Shown: in pieces, positions 19,024 to 31,339 of the stretch
Layout of the letters: the number at the start of each line of letters is the position of its first letter
How positions within the stretch are numbered: position 1 is the stretch's first letter
NCBI GenBank assembly: GCA_035552195.1
Contig: DASZLU010000145.1
Coordinates: 1,052 to 65,051, forward strand
DNA length: 64,000 bases
Source of the DNA: Stellaceae bacterium
Lineage (GTDB): Bacteria; Pseudomonadota; Alphaproteobacteria; ATCC43930; CGMCC-115725
Direction of reading: 5' to 3'
Translations under genes and position numbers: made by a program
Notes under the pieces: generated by a model
Told to the model about the DNA's origin: nothing
The model's database searches: none
Seen by the model: only the letters and a program-made list of their open reading frames with translations

Positions 19024-20994
19024 TCAACGTCCTTGTGAAACCACGTCCACCAACACCGGCTCGCCCTTTTTGACGATAGCTGCCGCTGTCTTTAAAACCT
19101 CGCCGAGCTTCGCCGGATCGGTGACCGTGAAGCCCTTCATGCCGAAGCTCTCGGCCATCTTAGCGAAATCGATATTCGGGTTGGCGATCTCGGTGCCGAT
19201 ATGCGCGGTCTTGGGATCGCGCATATGACGATTGGCCATTGCCTGTAGATGCATCACTTCCTGGAAGTAGAACCGGTTGTTGTGCATGACTGTGAGGATC
19301 GGGATCTGATACTTGGCCGCGGTCCAGAGCGCGCCAGGCCCCACCATCAACGCGCCGTCGCCCATGATCGAGACCGAGAAGCGACCGTGCTTTTTATTGG
19401 CAAGCGCCGAGCCGATCGCGCCACCGGCGTCATAGCCGACGCCATAGGCGCCGGAATCGCCGAGGTAGTGATAGCTCTTGTCCATTTTCCACAGCTTGTG
19501 CGACCAGTAGCCGCCCGGCTGCGTCGATGAGACGAGCGAGTAATCCTCGTCCTTGATCACATTCCACAGTTCCATACAGAGCCGCGCGGTGCTGATCGGC
19601 GTCGCATCCCAGCCCGAAGCCGCTTCGGTCTCCGCCGCCTTGAATGACGCCTTCCGCGCATCGGCGAGCTTCTTGCCGCGCGCCTCGAAGGCGTTCTTCT
19701 TGTCGTCGGTCATCGCCTTCTTCACGGCTTCGAGCAGGTACGGCATCGTCTGCGCACCGTCGCCGCTGATCTCGAGATCGATGTCCGTGAAGCGCTGGAA
19801 ATTCTGGTAGTTCGAGCGGATGAACTGATTCGCCGAGGTCACCGACACTGTCTTGGTCCCCGGCTTCAGCAGCGGCCGGGATGAGCGATGCAGCTGGTCC
19901 TTATAGGCGTGCGTAACGCCCCAGAAATCGGTCATATCGAGACCGACCACGAGATCGGCTTGGGATAAAACCGCGCCGCGGCGGTCGCTCTGATTGAGTC
20001 CGTGCTGAGTCGGGAAGTTCATGCGGCCGCCGATATCGACGATCGAGCATTGCAACACGTCGGCAAGCTGCACCAGCGGGTTCAGCACGCCATTGGGGCC
20101 CGGCTGGCCGCGATCGGCCATGATCACCGGGTTCTCGGCCGCGACCAGCATTTTGGCCAACTCGGCCACAGCATTCTGATCGCCCTGCGCATCCGTGAAG
20201 CGCGGCAGCTTCGGATGGGTCAGCTTCTCGTCTTCGGGGATCGGATTTTCCTGCAAGCTGCTATCGGCAACCAGCAGCACGGGGCCCATCGGCGGTGTGG
20301 TCGCGATCTGATAGGCACGCACGGTCGATTCAGCAAAATGCTGCAGGCCGCCCGGCGAATCGTCCCATTTCGTGTAATCGCGAACGATGACGGCCCCGTC
20401 TTGCACCGTGTGATCGACTTCGACACCCGGTCGGCGCTCGGTGGCGTCGGCGATGTTGGCGGTGACGACGACGATCGGCACGCGATCAGCATAGGCGTTG
20501 TAGATCGCCATCGAGGCGTGCTGCAGGCCGACCGTCGCATGGACGAGATTCAGCATCGGCTTGCCTTCGACTTTGGCATAGCCATGCGACATCGCCACCG
20601 AGATTTCCTCGTGGAAGCACTCGATCCATTGCGGCGCGGTGTTCTTGCCGTAATTAATGAAGGATTCCTGCAGCGCGCGGAAGCTCGAACCCGGCATCGA
20701 GGCAAGGTACTCGAAGCCCAAGTTCTTGAAGCCGTCGACCATGAAGTCGGAACCGCTGGTCGGCGAGACCAGGTTCTCGGCGCCCTTCGGCACACCGGCC
20801 ATCGGGTTCGGCTGCGCAGTTTCGGCAACCTTCTGAATTTCGGAAACGCCTTGCGGCACTTTGCCTCGCTTCGGCGGCGTCGGTGCTGCTTGTGCGGTTA
20901 GCGGCGATGCCAGCGTCGTCGCGGCACCGGCGAGGGCTGCACCTTTGAGGAATCCACGGCGACCGACTCCGGTCGTGTCTTTGCGCTTCGACAT
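19024..20994 (-). CDS. Tat-exported thiamine-diphosphate-dependent enzyme (acetolactate synthase/pyruvate oxidase superfamily)
   Basis: Twin-arginine signal TGVGRRGFLKGAALAGAATTLASPLTAQA. The Pyr domain has a Glu in ..CFHEEISVAMSHGY... The ThDP motif reads ..IMGDGALMVGPGALWTAAKYQIPILTVMHNN.. Confidence 0.85.
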   Translation of the reverse strand: MSKRKDTTGVGRRGFLKGAALAGAATTLASPLTAQAAPTPPKRGKVPQGVSEIQKVAETAQPNPMAGVPKGAENLVSPTSGSDFMVDGFKNLGFEYLASMPGSSFRALQESFINYGKNTAPQWIECFHEEISVAMSHGYAKVEGKPMLNLVHATVGLQHASMAIYNAYADRVPIVVVTANIADATERRPGVEVDHTVQDGAVIVRDYTKWDDSPGGLQHFAESTVRAYQIATTPPMGPVLLVADSSLQENPIPEDEKLTHPKLPRFTDAQGDQNAVAELAKMLVAAENPVIMADRGQPGPNGVLNPLVQLADVLQCSIVDIGGRMNFPTQHGLNQSDRRGAVLSQADLVVGLDMTDFWGVTHAYKDQLHRSSRPLLKPGTKTVSVTSANQFIRSNYQNFQRFTDIDLEISGDGAQTMPYLLEAVKKAMTDDKKNAFEARGKKLADARKASFKAAETEAASGWDATPISTARLCMELWNVIKDEDYSLVSSTQPGGYWSHKLWKMDKSYHYLGDSGAYGVGYDAGGAIGSALANKKHGRFSVSIMGDGALMVGPGALWTAAKYQIPILTVMHNNRFYFQEVMHLQAMANRHMRDPKTAHIGTEIANPNIDFAKMAESFGMKGFTVTDPAKLGEVLKTAAAIVKKGEPVLVDVVSQGR

Positions 20995-21138
20995 CGTTCC
21001 CTCCCTCGGGAAAGCGGCCCTTTGTCTTCGGGCGATATGTCATTCATTTCACAAAGCGGAGGCGCGCGCAACCATCGCCCCGCTCACCAAAAAGCGAGCT
21101 CGGGACGGCCTGTCGAGAGAAACCGGGAAAAGAGAGCG

Positions 21139-22290
21139 TTAGGCGGCGTGCGCCGGCGATGGCGCAGCGACATCCGCCGGATAGAGCAGATCGTTGCCTT
21201 CCTGATAACGCGCCGAGCCTTCCTCGATCAGCGCGTTGTTCTTGGCGCGCAGGGCGGCATCAGCCTCACCGTAGAGGAACGGCAAGAACGCATAACGCCG
21301 GCCGCGGGTGATCGGCGTCACCTCATGCAGGGCACCGCACGAGAAGACGACGGCGCCGCCGACCGGGGCGCGATAGGTGCGTCGGCCGAATTCCGGGAAG
21401 ATCAGATCGCAACCTTCGTAATCGCGGTTGAGATTGATCGAAACGGCGAAACGTCGATGTTGGGCGCCGGCATTGATGTTGTCGCGATGGCGGAAGAAGT
21501 GGCCGCCCTCCAGTGAATCGTAACAAGAGACCAGATAACGGTCCATGCGCGTCGCGGCGAACTGGAAGTAGCGATCAATGGCCGGCAGTAAGCGCCGCAC
21601 CAACTGATCGCGGATCTTTTCGCGCAGCTCCGGCACGACGATCGGCATGTCGCGCCGCTGCTTCAAATCATAATTGACGACAGTGCGCGTCTTGCCCTCG
21701 ACGTCGAGGAGGAAGCCGGAATCATCGCCGCCCATTTTGTCGTAGAGCTTCACGAGGAAATCGCAGAGATCGAAATCGAGAACCCGCGGTACGATCAGCG
21801 CCGGCGCCGTCATCGGCACGCCGGTGGACTCATCGACACTCGGTAGGCCTTTCAGCATTTGCCGAAGGATCGTGGCGTGGCCGGCCGGATGATCCCAGGG
21901 GACGATCGCGACAACCCGCAGCATCGGATCGAGCACCACGCTGCCTTGCGCTCCCACCGCGCCATAGAGCCGCGTGACCGCACCGTCGTAATCGGCGACA
22001 TAGCGCAGCGTCGCCGGCGCCATGCTGGCGATGGCGCCCAGCGCGACAGGTGGAACCGTCAGCACCGCATAAGCGACCAGATGATCCTCTGTCATACCTG
22101 CGATCGAGCCGATGAGCGCCTGGCGCTCCGCTTCTGCACGCGGCGCGGCGAGATCGTCCAGGAACGAGACCACAGTCCAGCGGCCGCCGCTTACATGGAG
22201 GTCGGCGCTGCCGCCGGTGATCGTCGACGCGCTAAACCACGGCGCCGGATCGCCGAGCCTGACGGTTGCGCTGATCAACTGCTCCATCAT
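21139..22290 (-). CDS. fusion protein: Cys-less redoxin/AhpC-TSA-like N-domain + 2OG-Fe(II) oxygenase (P4H-like) C-domain
   Basis: ATG ATG at 22290 follows AAGGGGGG. N-terminal part: ..LGDPAPWFSASTITGGSADLHVSGGRWTVVSFL... C-terminal part: HxD in ..GGHFFRHRDN.., distal His in ..GALHEV.., and 2OG-binding Arg in ..RGRRYAFLPF... The track ORF over-extends to 22509. Confidence 0.75.
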   Translation of the reverse strand: MMEQLISATVRLGDPAPWFSASTITGGSADLHVSGGRWTVVSFLDDLAAPRAEAERQALIGSIAGMTEDHLVAYAVLTVPPVALGAIASMAPATLRYVADYDGAVTRLYGAVGAQGSVVLDPMLRVVAIVPWDHPAGHATILRQMLKGLPSVDESTGVPMTAPALIVPRVLDFDLCDFLVKLYDKMGGDDSGFLLDVEGKTRTVVNYDLKQRRDMPIVVPELREKIRDQLVRRLLPAIDRYFQFAATRMDRYLVSCYDSLEGGHFFRHRDNINAGAQHRRFAVSINLNRDYEGCDLIFPEFGRRTYRAPVGGAVVFSCGALHEVTPITRGRRYAFLPFLYGEADAALRAKNNALIEEGSARYQEGNDLLYPADVAAPSPAHAA

Positions 22291-22532
22291 TGAACCCCCC
22301 TTGCTACGCCCGCAAAAAAAGACAGACGTGCGGGAGCAAGAGGCATGCCAATAACGGCCTTGGAAAGCCGCCGGTTTTCGGACATGAAAAGCGGCACAGA
22401 GGTTACGGCGGCAAATTTTGCCGCATCGTTGCTGCCGTTTTCGCTCGCGAACACCGGCATCCGACCGCGTTAACTGGGCGCTAACCAAGTTCTCCCGATG
22501 ATGCGGCAATTTTCTTCAGGCCGAGCATCATC

Positions 22533-24665
22533 ATGAATTTGCAGCGATCGCGCTTTCTTCATTCCTTGCCCGTCGGCGCACAGCGCTATCTACTTATCCA
22601 TGCCGTGACGCATGCCCGCCTCACCATCGACCAGCAGCTCAACACCGTCGTCGATTTCTTTGCGACGCCGCGCGCTTGGCCCGATGAGTATCAAAGCCTC
22701 GCAGTCAGCATTTCCTACGATCGCGAAACGCTGTCGAATTGCATCGCCGATCTGATCGAGCGCGGTTTCATCACCGACAAAAGCGCGGATGAAGAACTCG
22801 CCGAAACCACCGAGAAGCTCTGCGCCACCTATGGCCGCGATCCGGACGAATTGCTCGATCGCTATCGCCGCGAATTGAAAGAAGGTGCGCACGCCTATTG
22901 GTCGGCGGGCGCGGCGCGTTGCATCGCCGATCTCGGCGCGACCGGCAAACGCGTCGATCTGCTGCTTTTCGGCGATTGCGACATCCAAATGGAGAGCGAC
23001 TTCCTGCGCCGGGAAGCGGCGCGGCGCGGCATCGATCTGCGCATCGCCGCGACGTCGCCCGACGACGTGCGCCTGGCCAGCGAGCGTAGGCATGACGCAA
23101 TCCTGATCGGCGCGCTACGCGCGCGTCATCACATGACCCTCGATGCCTCGCAGCTCCAAGGCCCGCCACATGCGGCCTATATTCTGCAGGCGCGCGAGAT
23201 TCTCGAAGAGCTGCGCCGGCGCAGCGCCGCGCCGATCCTCATCGATAATCTTCCCGAACCGACCGTGCAGCCTCTCGGTCTCGCCGAGCGCGGGCTCAAT
23301 GGCCACCGCACGCGGTTCCGCACGACCAACGTCGTGCTCGCCGATCTCGCGGCGCAGTTGCCCGATGTTCACGTCGTCGACATCAACGCCGCGGTGGCCG
23401 CAATCGGCAGTGAGCGCATGATCGATGATGGGCATTTCGGCTTCACTCACCTCGGCTCGCCCGGCTGGCTGTTGCAGCGGCCGGAGAGCGAGAAGGAAGC
23501 GGTGCACGGTCTCTTTCCCGATATCAAATCGCTCGCCGAATTGGTCGGCGGCGATCCCTATGCGCGCGAAGCGGCGATGGCACGCGTTCATATCGATGCC
23601 GTCGCCGTCGCGCTGGGCATCGATCGCAAGAAATGCGTGATCGTCGACCTCGACGGCGTGTTATGGCCCGGCGTTCTCGCCGAGACCGGCCGCCCCTTCG
23701 CCTGGGAGCCCACCGTGAGCGGCGCGTTCTCCTTCATCGGTCATTACTTCGGCCTGCATGAAGCGCTGCTTTGCCTCAAGAAACGCGGCATCGTCCTCGC
23801 CTGCGTCAGCAAGAACGACGAAGCGACGGTGCGCGAGCTCTGGAAATATCCGAGCCACTATCCGCAACAGCGGCTGCTAACCCTCGACGATTTCGTGACC
23901 TGCCGCATCAATTGGCACGACAAGGTCGAGAACATCCGCTCGATCGCCAAGGAGATCGGCTTCGCGCTCGACACGTTCCTCTTCGTCGACGATCACCCCA
24001 TCGAGCGCGATCGCGTGCGTCAGCGTTTGCCCGAGATCGAAGTCTGGGGCGAGGATCTCCTTGGCTTGCGGCGCATGCTGCTGACCGATCCGCGGCTGCA
24101 ATTGCCGGTCATCACCGACGAGGCCGCGTCACGCACGTCGCTCGTCAAAGCACAACTTAACCGCCAGCAATTCCGTGCCGAGGCGGTAAGCGAAAGCGAC
24201 TACGTCGCCTCGTTGCAGATCGCCTGCCGCATCGAGCGGCTGATCGAGCCGGCTAAGCTCGATCGCATCGAAGAGATGTTCGCGCGCACGACGCAATTCA
24301 ATGCCACGAACCGCCGCTTCCCCATTGCCGAACTGCAAACCCTGGTCGCAAACCCCTTGGCCCGCATCTTCACGCTGCAGGTCTCGGACCGCTTCGGCGA
24401 TCACGGCCTTGTCGGTGCGGCGATCGTTGAAAGTAGTGAGATCGCCGGCCTCGTGCTCAGCTGCCGCGTTCTTGGCCTTGGCGTCGAGCATCGCTTCCTG
24501 CAGCACATCGTTGCCGAGCTGACTCGTGATGGCGTCCCGGTCGCGGCACGGATCATCGAGACCGCGCGCAACGCGCCGGTCCGCAATATCTATCGCGATA
24601 ACGGCTTTACGCTCGACACTGACGGTGTCTGGCGTCAGACCGCGAAGACCGAAGCCGCCGCTTAG
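22533..24665 (+). CDS. FkbH-like HAD-IIIC family protein (710 aa) with extra ~110-aa N-terminal region
   Basis: HAD motifs are ..[13 protein letters not shown].., ..LACVSKND.. and ..[14 protein letters not shown]... The upstream flavodoxin/SGNH-like region reads ..[14 protein letters not shown]... A C-terminal GNAT-like region follows, as in FkbH-type proteins. Confidence 0.75.
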   Translation: MNLQRSRFLHSLPVGAQRYLLIHAVTHARLTIDQQLNTVVDFFATPRAWPDEYQSLAVSISYDRETLSNCIADLIERGFITDKSADEELAETTEKLCATYGRDPDELLDRYRRELKEGAHAYWSAGAARCIADLGATGKRVDLLLFGDCDIQMESDFLRREAARRGIDLRIAATSPDDVRLASERRHDAILIGALRARHHMTLDASQLQGPPHAAYILQAREILEELRRRSAAPILIDNLPEPTVQPLGLAERGLNGHRTRFRTTNVVLADLAAQLPDVHVVDINAAVAAIGSERMIDDGHFGFTHLGSPGWLLQRPESEKEAVHGLFPDIKSLAELVGGDPYAREAAMARVHIDAVAVALGIDRKKCVIVDLDGVLWPGVLAETGRPFAWEPTVSGAFSFIGHYFGLHEALLCLKKRGIVLACVSKNDEATVRELWKYPSHYPQQRLLTLDDFVTCRINWHDKVENIRSIAKEIGFALDTFLFVDDHPIERDRVRQRLPEIEVWGEDLLGLRRMLLTDPRLQLPVITDEAASRTSLVKAQLNRQQFRAEAVSESDYVASLQIACRIERLIEPAKLDRIEEMFARTTQFNATNRRFPIAELQTLVANPLARIFTLQVSDRFGDHGLVGAAIVESSEIAGLVLSCRVLGLGVEHRFLQHIVAELTRDGVPVAARIIETARNAPVRNIYRDNGFTLDTDGVWRQTAKTEAAA

Positions 24666-25156
24666 AACGGGATTTCGTCGTCGAGGTCTTGCGTCGCCGG
24701 CGCGCGGCCACCGCCGCCACGGCTCATGCCGCCACCCGACGATGCGCGCGGCGCCGGCGCCATGTCGTCATCCGGACCGCCGCCGAAGCCCTCGCCACCG
24801 CCGCCACGGCCGTCGAGCATCGTAAGCTGGCCATTGAAGCGACCGAGCACGATTTCGGTGGTGTAGCGCTCCTGGCCTTCCTTGTCGGTCCATTTGCGGG
24901 TTTGCAACTGACCCTCGATGTAGAGCTTGGCGCCCTTCTTCACATATTTCTCGATGACTTCGACGAGCCGGTCATTGAACACGGCGACGCGATGCCACTC
25001 GGTCTTTTCCTTCCGCTCGCCCGAAGCGCGGTCGCGCCACGTCTCCGACGTCGCGAGCGAGAGATTGGCGATGCGCGTTCCGTCTTGGGTCGAGCGGATT
25101 TCCGGGTCGCGCCCGATATTGCCGACGAGAATGACTTTGTTGACGCTGCCGGCCAT
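24662..25156 (-). CDS. ssb: single-stranded DNA-binding protein
   Basis: OB-fold N-terminus [21 protein letters not shown].., a Gly-rich linker and the acidic tip DLDDEIPF. Its stop overlaps the FkbH-like stop by 4 nt (convergent genes). Confidence 0.96.
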   Translation of the reverse strand: MAGSVNKVILVGNIGRDPEIRSTQDGTRIANLSLATSETWRDRASGERKEKTEWHRVAVFNDRLVEVIEKYVKKGAKLYIEGQLQTRKWTDKEGQERYTTEIVLGRFNGQLTMLDGRGGGGEGFGGGPDDDMAPAPRASSGGGMSRGGGGRAPATQDLDDEIPF

Positions 25157-25221
25157 ACGAATTGCCTCCTTGGACCCCGGAAGTGTTTCTCGATGCTGTT
25201 TAGCGGCTTGACGTTTTTTTC

Positions 25222-25250
25222 AATATAGAACAAATTGCGAACAATGCCAA
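25222..25250 (-). promoter_or_regulatory. ssb sigma70-type promoter with the SOS box occupying the spacer
   Basis: The minus strand reads TTGGCA-N17-TATATT. The 17-nt spacer contains GTTCGCAATTTGTTC. Confidence 0.55.
25228..25242. promoter_or_regulatory. alphaproteobacterial LexA operator (SOS box)
   Basis: GAACAAATTGCGAAC is a perfect GAAC-N7-GAAC (GTTC-N7-GTTC on the ssb strand). It lies in the ssb upstream region. Confidence 0.7.
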
Positions 25251-25278
25251 GAGCCGCGCTAAGGGGGCAGCGTAGCAC

Positions 25279-26922
25279 ATGTGGTTCAAGGTGGAGGATA
25301 CGCGTTCGTCGACGGGACAGCGTTATGTTGTCCGCTGCACCTCGGAAATGGGTGGCAAGACCGTCGTCGAAGAACGGCCTGTGCAGGGCGCCCCAGCGGC
25401 GCGAAAAGCGGCCGAGGTACTCGCATCGGCCATGAATGTCACCGCAACCGTCTACGGTAAGGATAAGGACGGCGAGTTTGTTTATGGCGTTTACGAGCTC
25501 GCCGAGGGCGCCGCTGAAGCCACGAACGCGCTGATCAAGAAACTTTTCGCCGAATCTGCGGCTGCGTCTTTATCGCTCAAAGACCAGCTGCTCGCCGATA
25601 TACCGACGGAAACCATCAAAGGCTTCGCGGCACTAGCTGCCTCTCTCGGCTACATCGTTGCTCAACACAAGAACATCAGGCGCACCACCGATCCACAGAT
25701 CACTTATTCAACACTCTTCCGTGTCTTTTGCGGTGGCGACAATCCGAGCACCTATTCCCTCCCCGTCGACGATGCCACTCTTGCTCTTCTTGGACAAAAG
25801 CTTAGCGGCATGCCGGGTTGGATGTGGTTGAGCGATCTCTCAGGTCCAGGCTTGGCGGAGCACCAATACGTGATGCCGCGCGCCACACCCAATAAGGTCA
25901 CCCTTAACATCGATGGCGAACTGCAGGTCGTTCGGCCGCGCACCGTGTTTCGCGGCACGTTGCCGGAGACGGGGTCGCAGTTCATGGTCGTCGCACAAAG
26001 GGGAAATCGCGCTCCATATACGATCGACAGCGTTGGTCTGATCTATCGCGAGGAAGACGAAGCGGCCGTCATTGCCCTGATCACGCGCCTCTTGCGGGAG
26101 GCCAATCCTTTCAAAAACAGAATTGTTCTGGTCAATCGCGATCTGCGAACCGTGCGCTCGCGAATGTCTGCGCGTTCTTGGGCCGATATTGTTCCACACG
26201 AACAAGCAAAGGCAGAACTCGATTTCATCGCGGCGTCGGTTCGCGACCGGGAAATGCTGAAAGCTGAAGGGCTCACCATCCGGCGCGGTTTGCTGCTCTC
26301 AGGCCCACCGGGTGATGGAAAATCGAGTGCGATCGAATGCTTCGTGAATGAGATCGCCGGAGAAGCGACGATCATTATTGTCGAGGCCGTCGATCATTTG
26401 CGCGCGATTTATCACCTGGCCCAAATTCTCGCGCCCACTGTCGTTATTCTCGAGGATTTGGACCTGATCACAAAGAATCGCCAGAGTTTGTACCCCTCGA
26501 TAGGAAAAGACGATGTGACTGGCGAGCTCCTGCAGGTTCTTTCTGGGGGATCGGCCTATAGCGATGTCGTCACGATCGCGACAACCAATCATCCGGAAGC
26601 CATTGACGATGCTCTAACAAAGCGTGCCGGGCGCTTCGATGCGCATGTGCGGATGGGCTACCCGAGCGCGGCCGATCGCCAGCTCATTCTCGATCTTTAT
26701 CTCGACCGCTTCGGCGTCGCCGACGAACTGACGCGGCGGCGGGTTCAGCAAGCGCTGGACCGTGACCTCGGGAAGCTGAACCTCGTTCCGGCCCATATCG
26801 AGGAATTCGTCAAAGCCGGGGTAAAACGCGCCCGTTTGGCGCGCCGGATTCCGGAATTCTCGGATTTCGAGCCGGGAATCGAATCGACTAGGTCGATCGC
26901 GACGGCAAAACCGGCCGTGTAG
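25279..26922 (+). CDS. classic-clade AAA+ ATPase (BCS1/FtsH-like module) with unrecognised 330-aa N-terminal region
   Basis: Walker [13 protein letters not shown], Walker B VVILEDLD, sensor-1 ATTNH, and SRH/Arg ..[15 protein letters not shown]... AAGGGGG lies about 10 nt upstream of the ATG. No motif is recognised in residues 1-330. Confidence 0.8.
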   Translation: MWFKVEDTRSSTGQRYVVRCTSEMGGKTVVEERPVQGAPAARKAAEVLASAMNVTATVYGKDKDGEFVYGVYELAEGAAEATNALIKKLFAESAAASLSLKDQLLADIPTETIKGFAALAASLGYIVAQHKNIRRTTDPQITYSTLFRVFCGGDNPSTYSLPVDDATLALLGQKLSGMPGWMWLSDLSGPGLAEHQYVMPRATPNKVTLNIDGELQVVRPRTVFRGTLPETGSQFMVVAQRGNRAPYTIDSVGLIYREEDEAAVIALITRLLREANPFKNRIVLVNRDLRTVRSRMSARSWADIVPHEQAKAELDFIAASVRDREMLKAEGLTIRRGLLLSGPPGDGKSSAIECFVNEIAGEATIIIVEAVDHLRAIYHLAQILAPTVVILEDLDLITKNRQSLYPSIGKDDVTGELLQVLSGGSAYSDVVTIATTNHPEAIDDALTKRAGRFDAHVRMGYPSAADRQLILDLYLDRFGVADELTRRRVQQALDRDLGKLNLVPAHIEEFVKAGVKRARLARRIPEFSDFEPGIESTRSIATAKPAV

Positions 26923-26955
26923 GGTTTAAGCCGCTTTGCCGCGGCCCACGCCACG

Positions 26956-26984
26956 TTGCCAACCCGCTGGAGCGTCCCTATTTT
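26956..26984 (+). promoter_or_regulatory. possible uvrA promoter giving a leaderless or near-leaderless mRNA
   Basis: TTGCCA-N17-TATTTT ends 7 nt before the uvrA ATG (26992). No Shine-Dalgarno sequence lies in between. Confidence 0.35.
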
Positions 26985-26991
26985 CTCGCAC

Positions 26992-29847
<2,856 letters not shown>

Positions 29848-29968
29848 AAGCGAGCGCCACGGCGGTCGGCGCCCCGATCAGGGTGTTTCACCTTACTCGA
29901 TGGCGAGGCCTGTGGTGCGCCCATTTGTTGGCCTGCCCTCCCGCGTGAGATTGGCTATAACCTCCGCC

Positions 29969-31333
29969 ATGAGCGGAAATGATCGCGGCAACCCCATCCA
30001 CGTGATCGGCGGCGGGCTCGCCGGCAGCGAAGCCGCGTGGCAGGCGGCCCGCCGGGGCGCGCGCGTCATGCTGCATGAGATGCGGCCGGTGCGCAGTACC
30101 GATGCGCATCGCACCGATAAATTCGCCGAGCTCGTCTGTTCCAATTCGCTGCGCTCGGACGACGCCGAGAACAATGCCGTCGGCTTGCTACACGAAGAGA
30201 TGCGGCGCTGCGACAGCCTTATCATGCGCGCCGCCGATGCAAGCCGGTTGCCGGCGGGCGGCGCCCTCGCCGTCGATCGCGATGGGTTCTCGGACCGCAT
30301 CCAAACGGCCATTGAGGCCGAACCTCTGATCGAAATCCGCCGCGAAGTCATCGATACCCTGCCGCCCGCCGATTGGGGCAGCACCGTCATCGCCACCGGT
30401 CCCCTCACCGCGCCGACGCTGGCCAACTCCATCGCCGCCGAGACTGGCGAACAATCCCTGGCCTTTTTCGATGCCATCGCGCCGATCATCTATGCCGACA
30501 GCATCGATCCGACGAAGACCTGGCGGCAATCGCGTTACGATAAGGGCGACGGTGCCGACTACATCAATTGCGGATTCGACAAGGCGCAATACGAGGAATT
30601 CGTCGCGACCTTGCTGGCTGCCGATGCGGTCGCTTTCCACGAATGGGAAGCGAACACGCCCTATTTCAACGGCTGCCTCCCAATCGAGGTGATGGCCGCG
30701 CGCGGCGCCGACACGCTGCGCTGGGGACCGATGAAGCCGGTGGGTCTCACCAACCCCGCGACGGGGCGGCGCGCCTGGGCGGTGGTGCAGCTGCGCCAGG
30801 ACAACGCGCTGGGCACGCTCTACAACATCGTCGGCTTCCAGACGAAGTTGCGGCACGCCGAGCAAGTGCGCGTGTTCCGCACCATTCCCGGCCTCGAGCA
30901 CTCCGAGTTCGCGCGGCTCGGCGGCCTTCATCGCAACACTTTCATCAACAGCCCGAAATTGCTCGATCACAGCCTGCGCCTCAAATCGCGGCCGAAAATC
31001 CGTTTCGCCGGCCAGATCACCGGCGTTGAAGGCTATATCGAGAGCGCGGCGATCGGTCTGCTCGCCGGACGTTTCGCCGCCGCCGAGCGGCAAGGCGAGA
31101 TGCTCGCTCCGCCACCGCCGACGACCGCGCTCGGTGCGCTGGTGGCACATATCACGGGCGGCGCCGATGCCGTCAGCTTCCAGCCGATGAATGTGAATTT
31201 CGGTCTCTTCCCTGATCTACCCGCCGGGGTCATCACCCGCAGCAATCGCGGCGAGAAGAAACCGCTGATGGCAAAACGTGCCCTCGCCGATCTCGGCAAC
31301 TGGCTCGAGCCAGCCGAAGCGGCGGCGGAGTAG
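29969..31333 (+). CDS. trmFO: methylenetetrahydrofolate--tRNA-(uracil54-C5)-methyltransferase TrmFO
   Basis: The FAD-binding N-terminus ..[21 protein letters not shown].. and the ..[10 protein letters not shown].. motif are present. The start was moved to ATG 29969. Confidence 0.9.
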   Translation: MSGNDRGNPIHVIGGGLAGSEAAWQAARRGARVMLHEMRPVRSTDAHRTDKFAELVCSNSLRSDDAENNAVGLLHEEMRRCDSLIMRAADASRLPAGGALAVDRDGFSDRIQTAIEAEPLIEIRREVIDTLPPADWGSTVIATGPLTAPTLANSIAAETGEQSLAFFDAIAPIIYADSIDPTKTWRQSRYDKGDGADYINCGFDKAQYEEFVATLLAADAVAFHEWEANTPYFNGCLPIEVMAARGADTLRWGPMKPVGLTNPATGRRAWAVVQLRQDNALGTLYNIVGFQTKLRHAEQVRVFRTIPGLEHSEFARLGGLHRNTFINSPKLLDHSLRLKSRPKIRFAGQITGVEGYIESAAIGLLAGRFAAAERQGEMLAPPPPTTALGALVAHITGGADAVSFQPMNVNFGLFPDLPAGVITRSNRGEKKPLMAKRALADLGNWLEPAEAAAE

Positions 31334-31339
31334 CAGCGC

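Noticed and set aside
24662-24665. 4-nt overlap of the convergent ssb and FkbH-like stop codons as a regulatory feature
   Set aside because: It is probably just tight packing after insertion of the accessory genes. No hairpin or other signal is visible, so it is mentioned only as context for the accessory-module finding.
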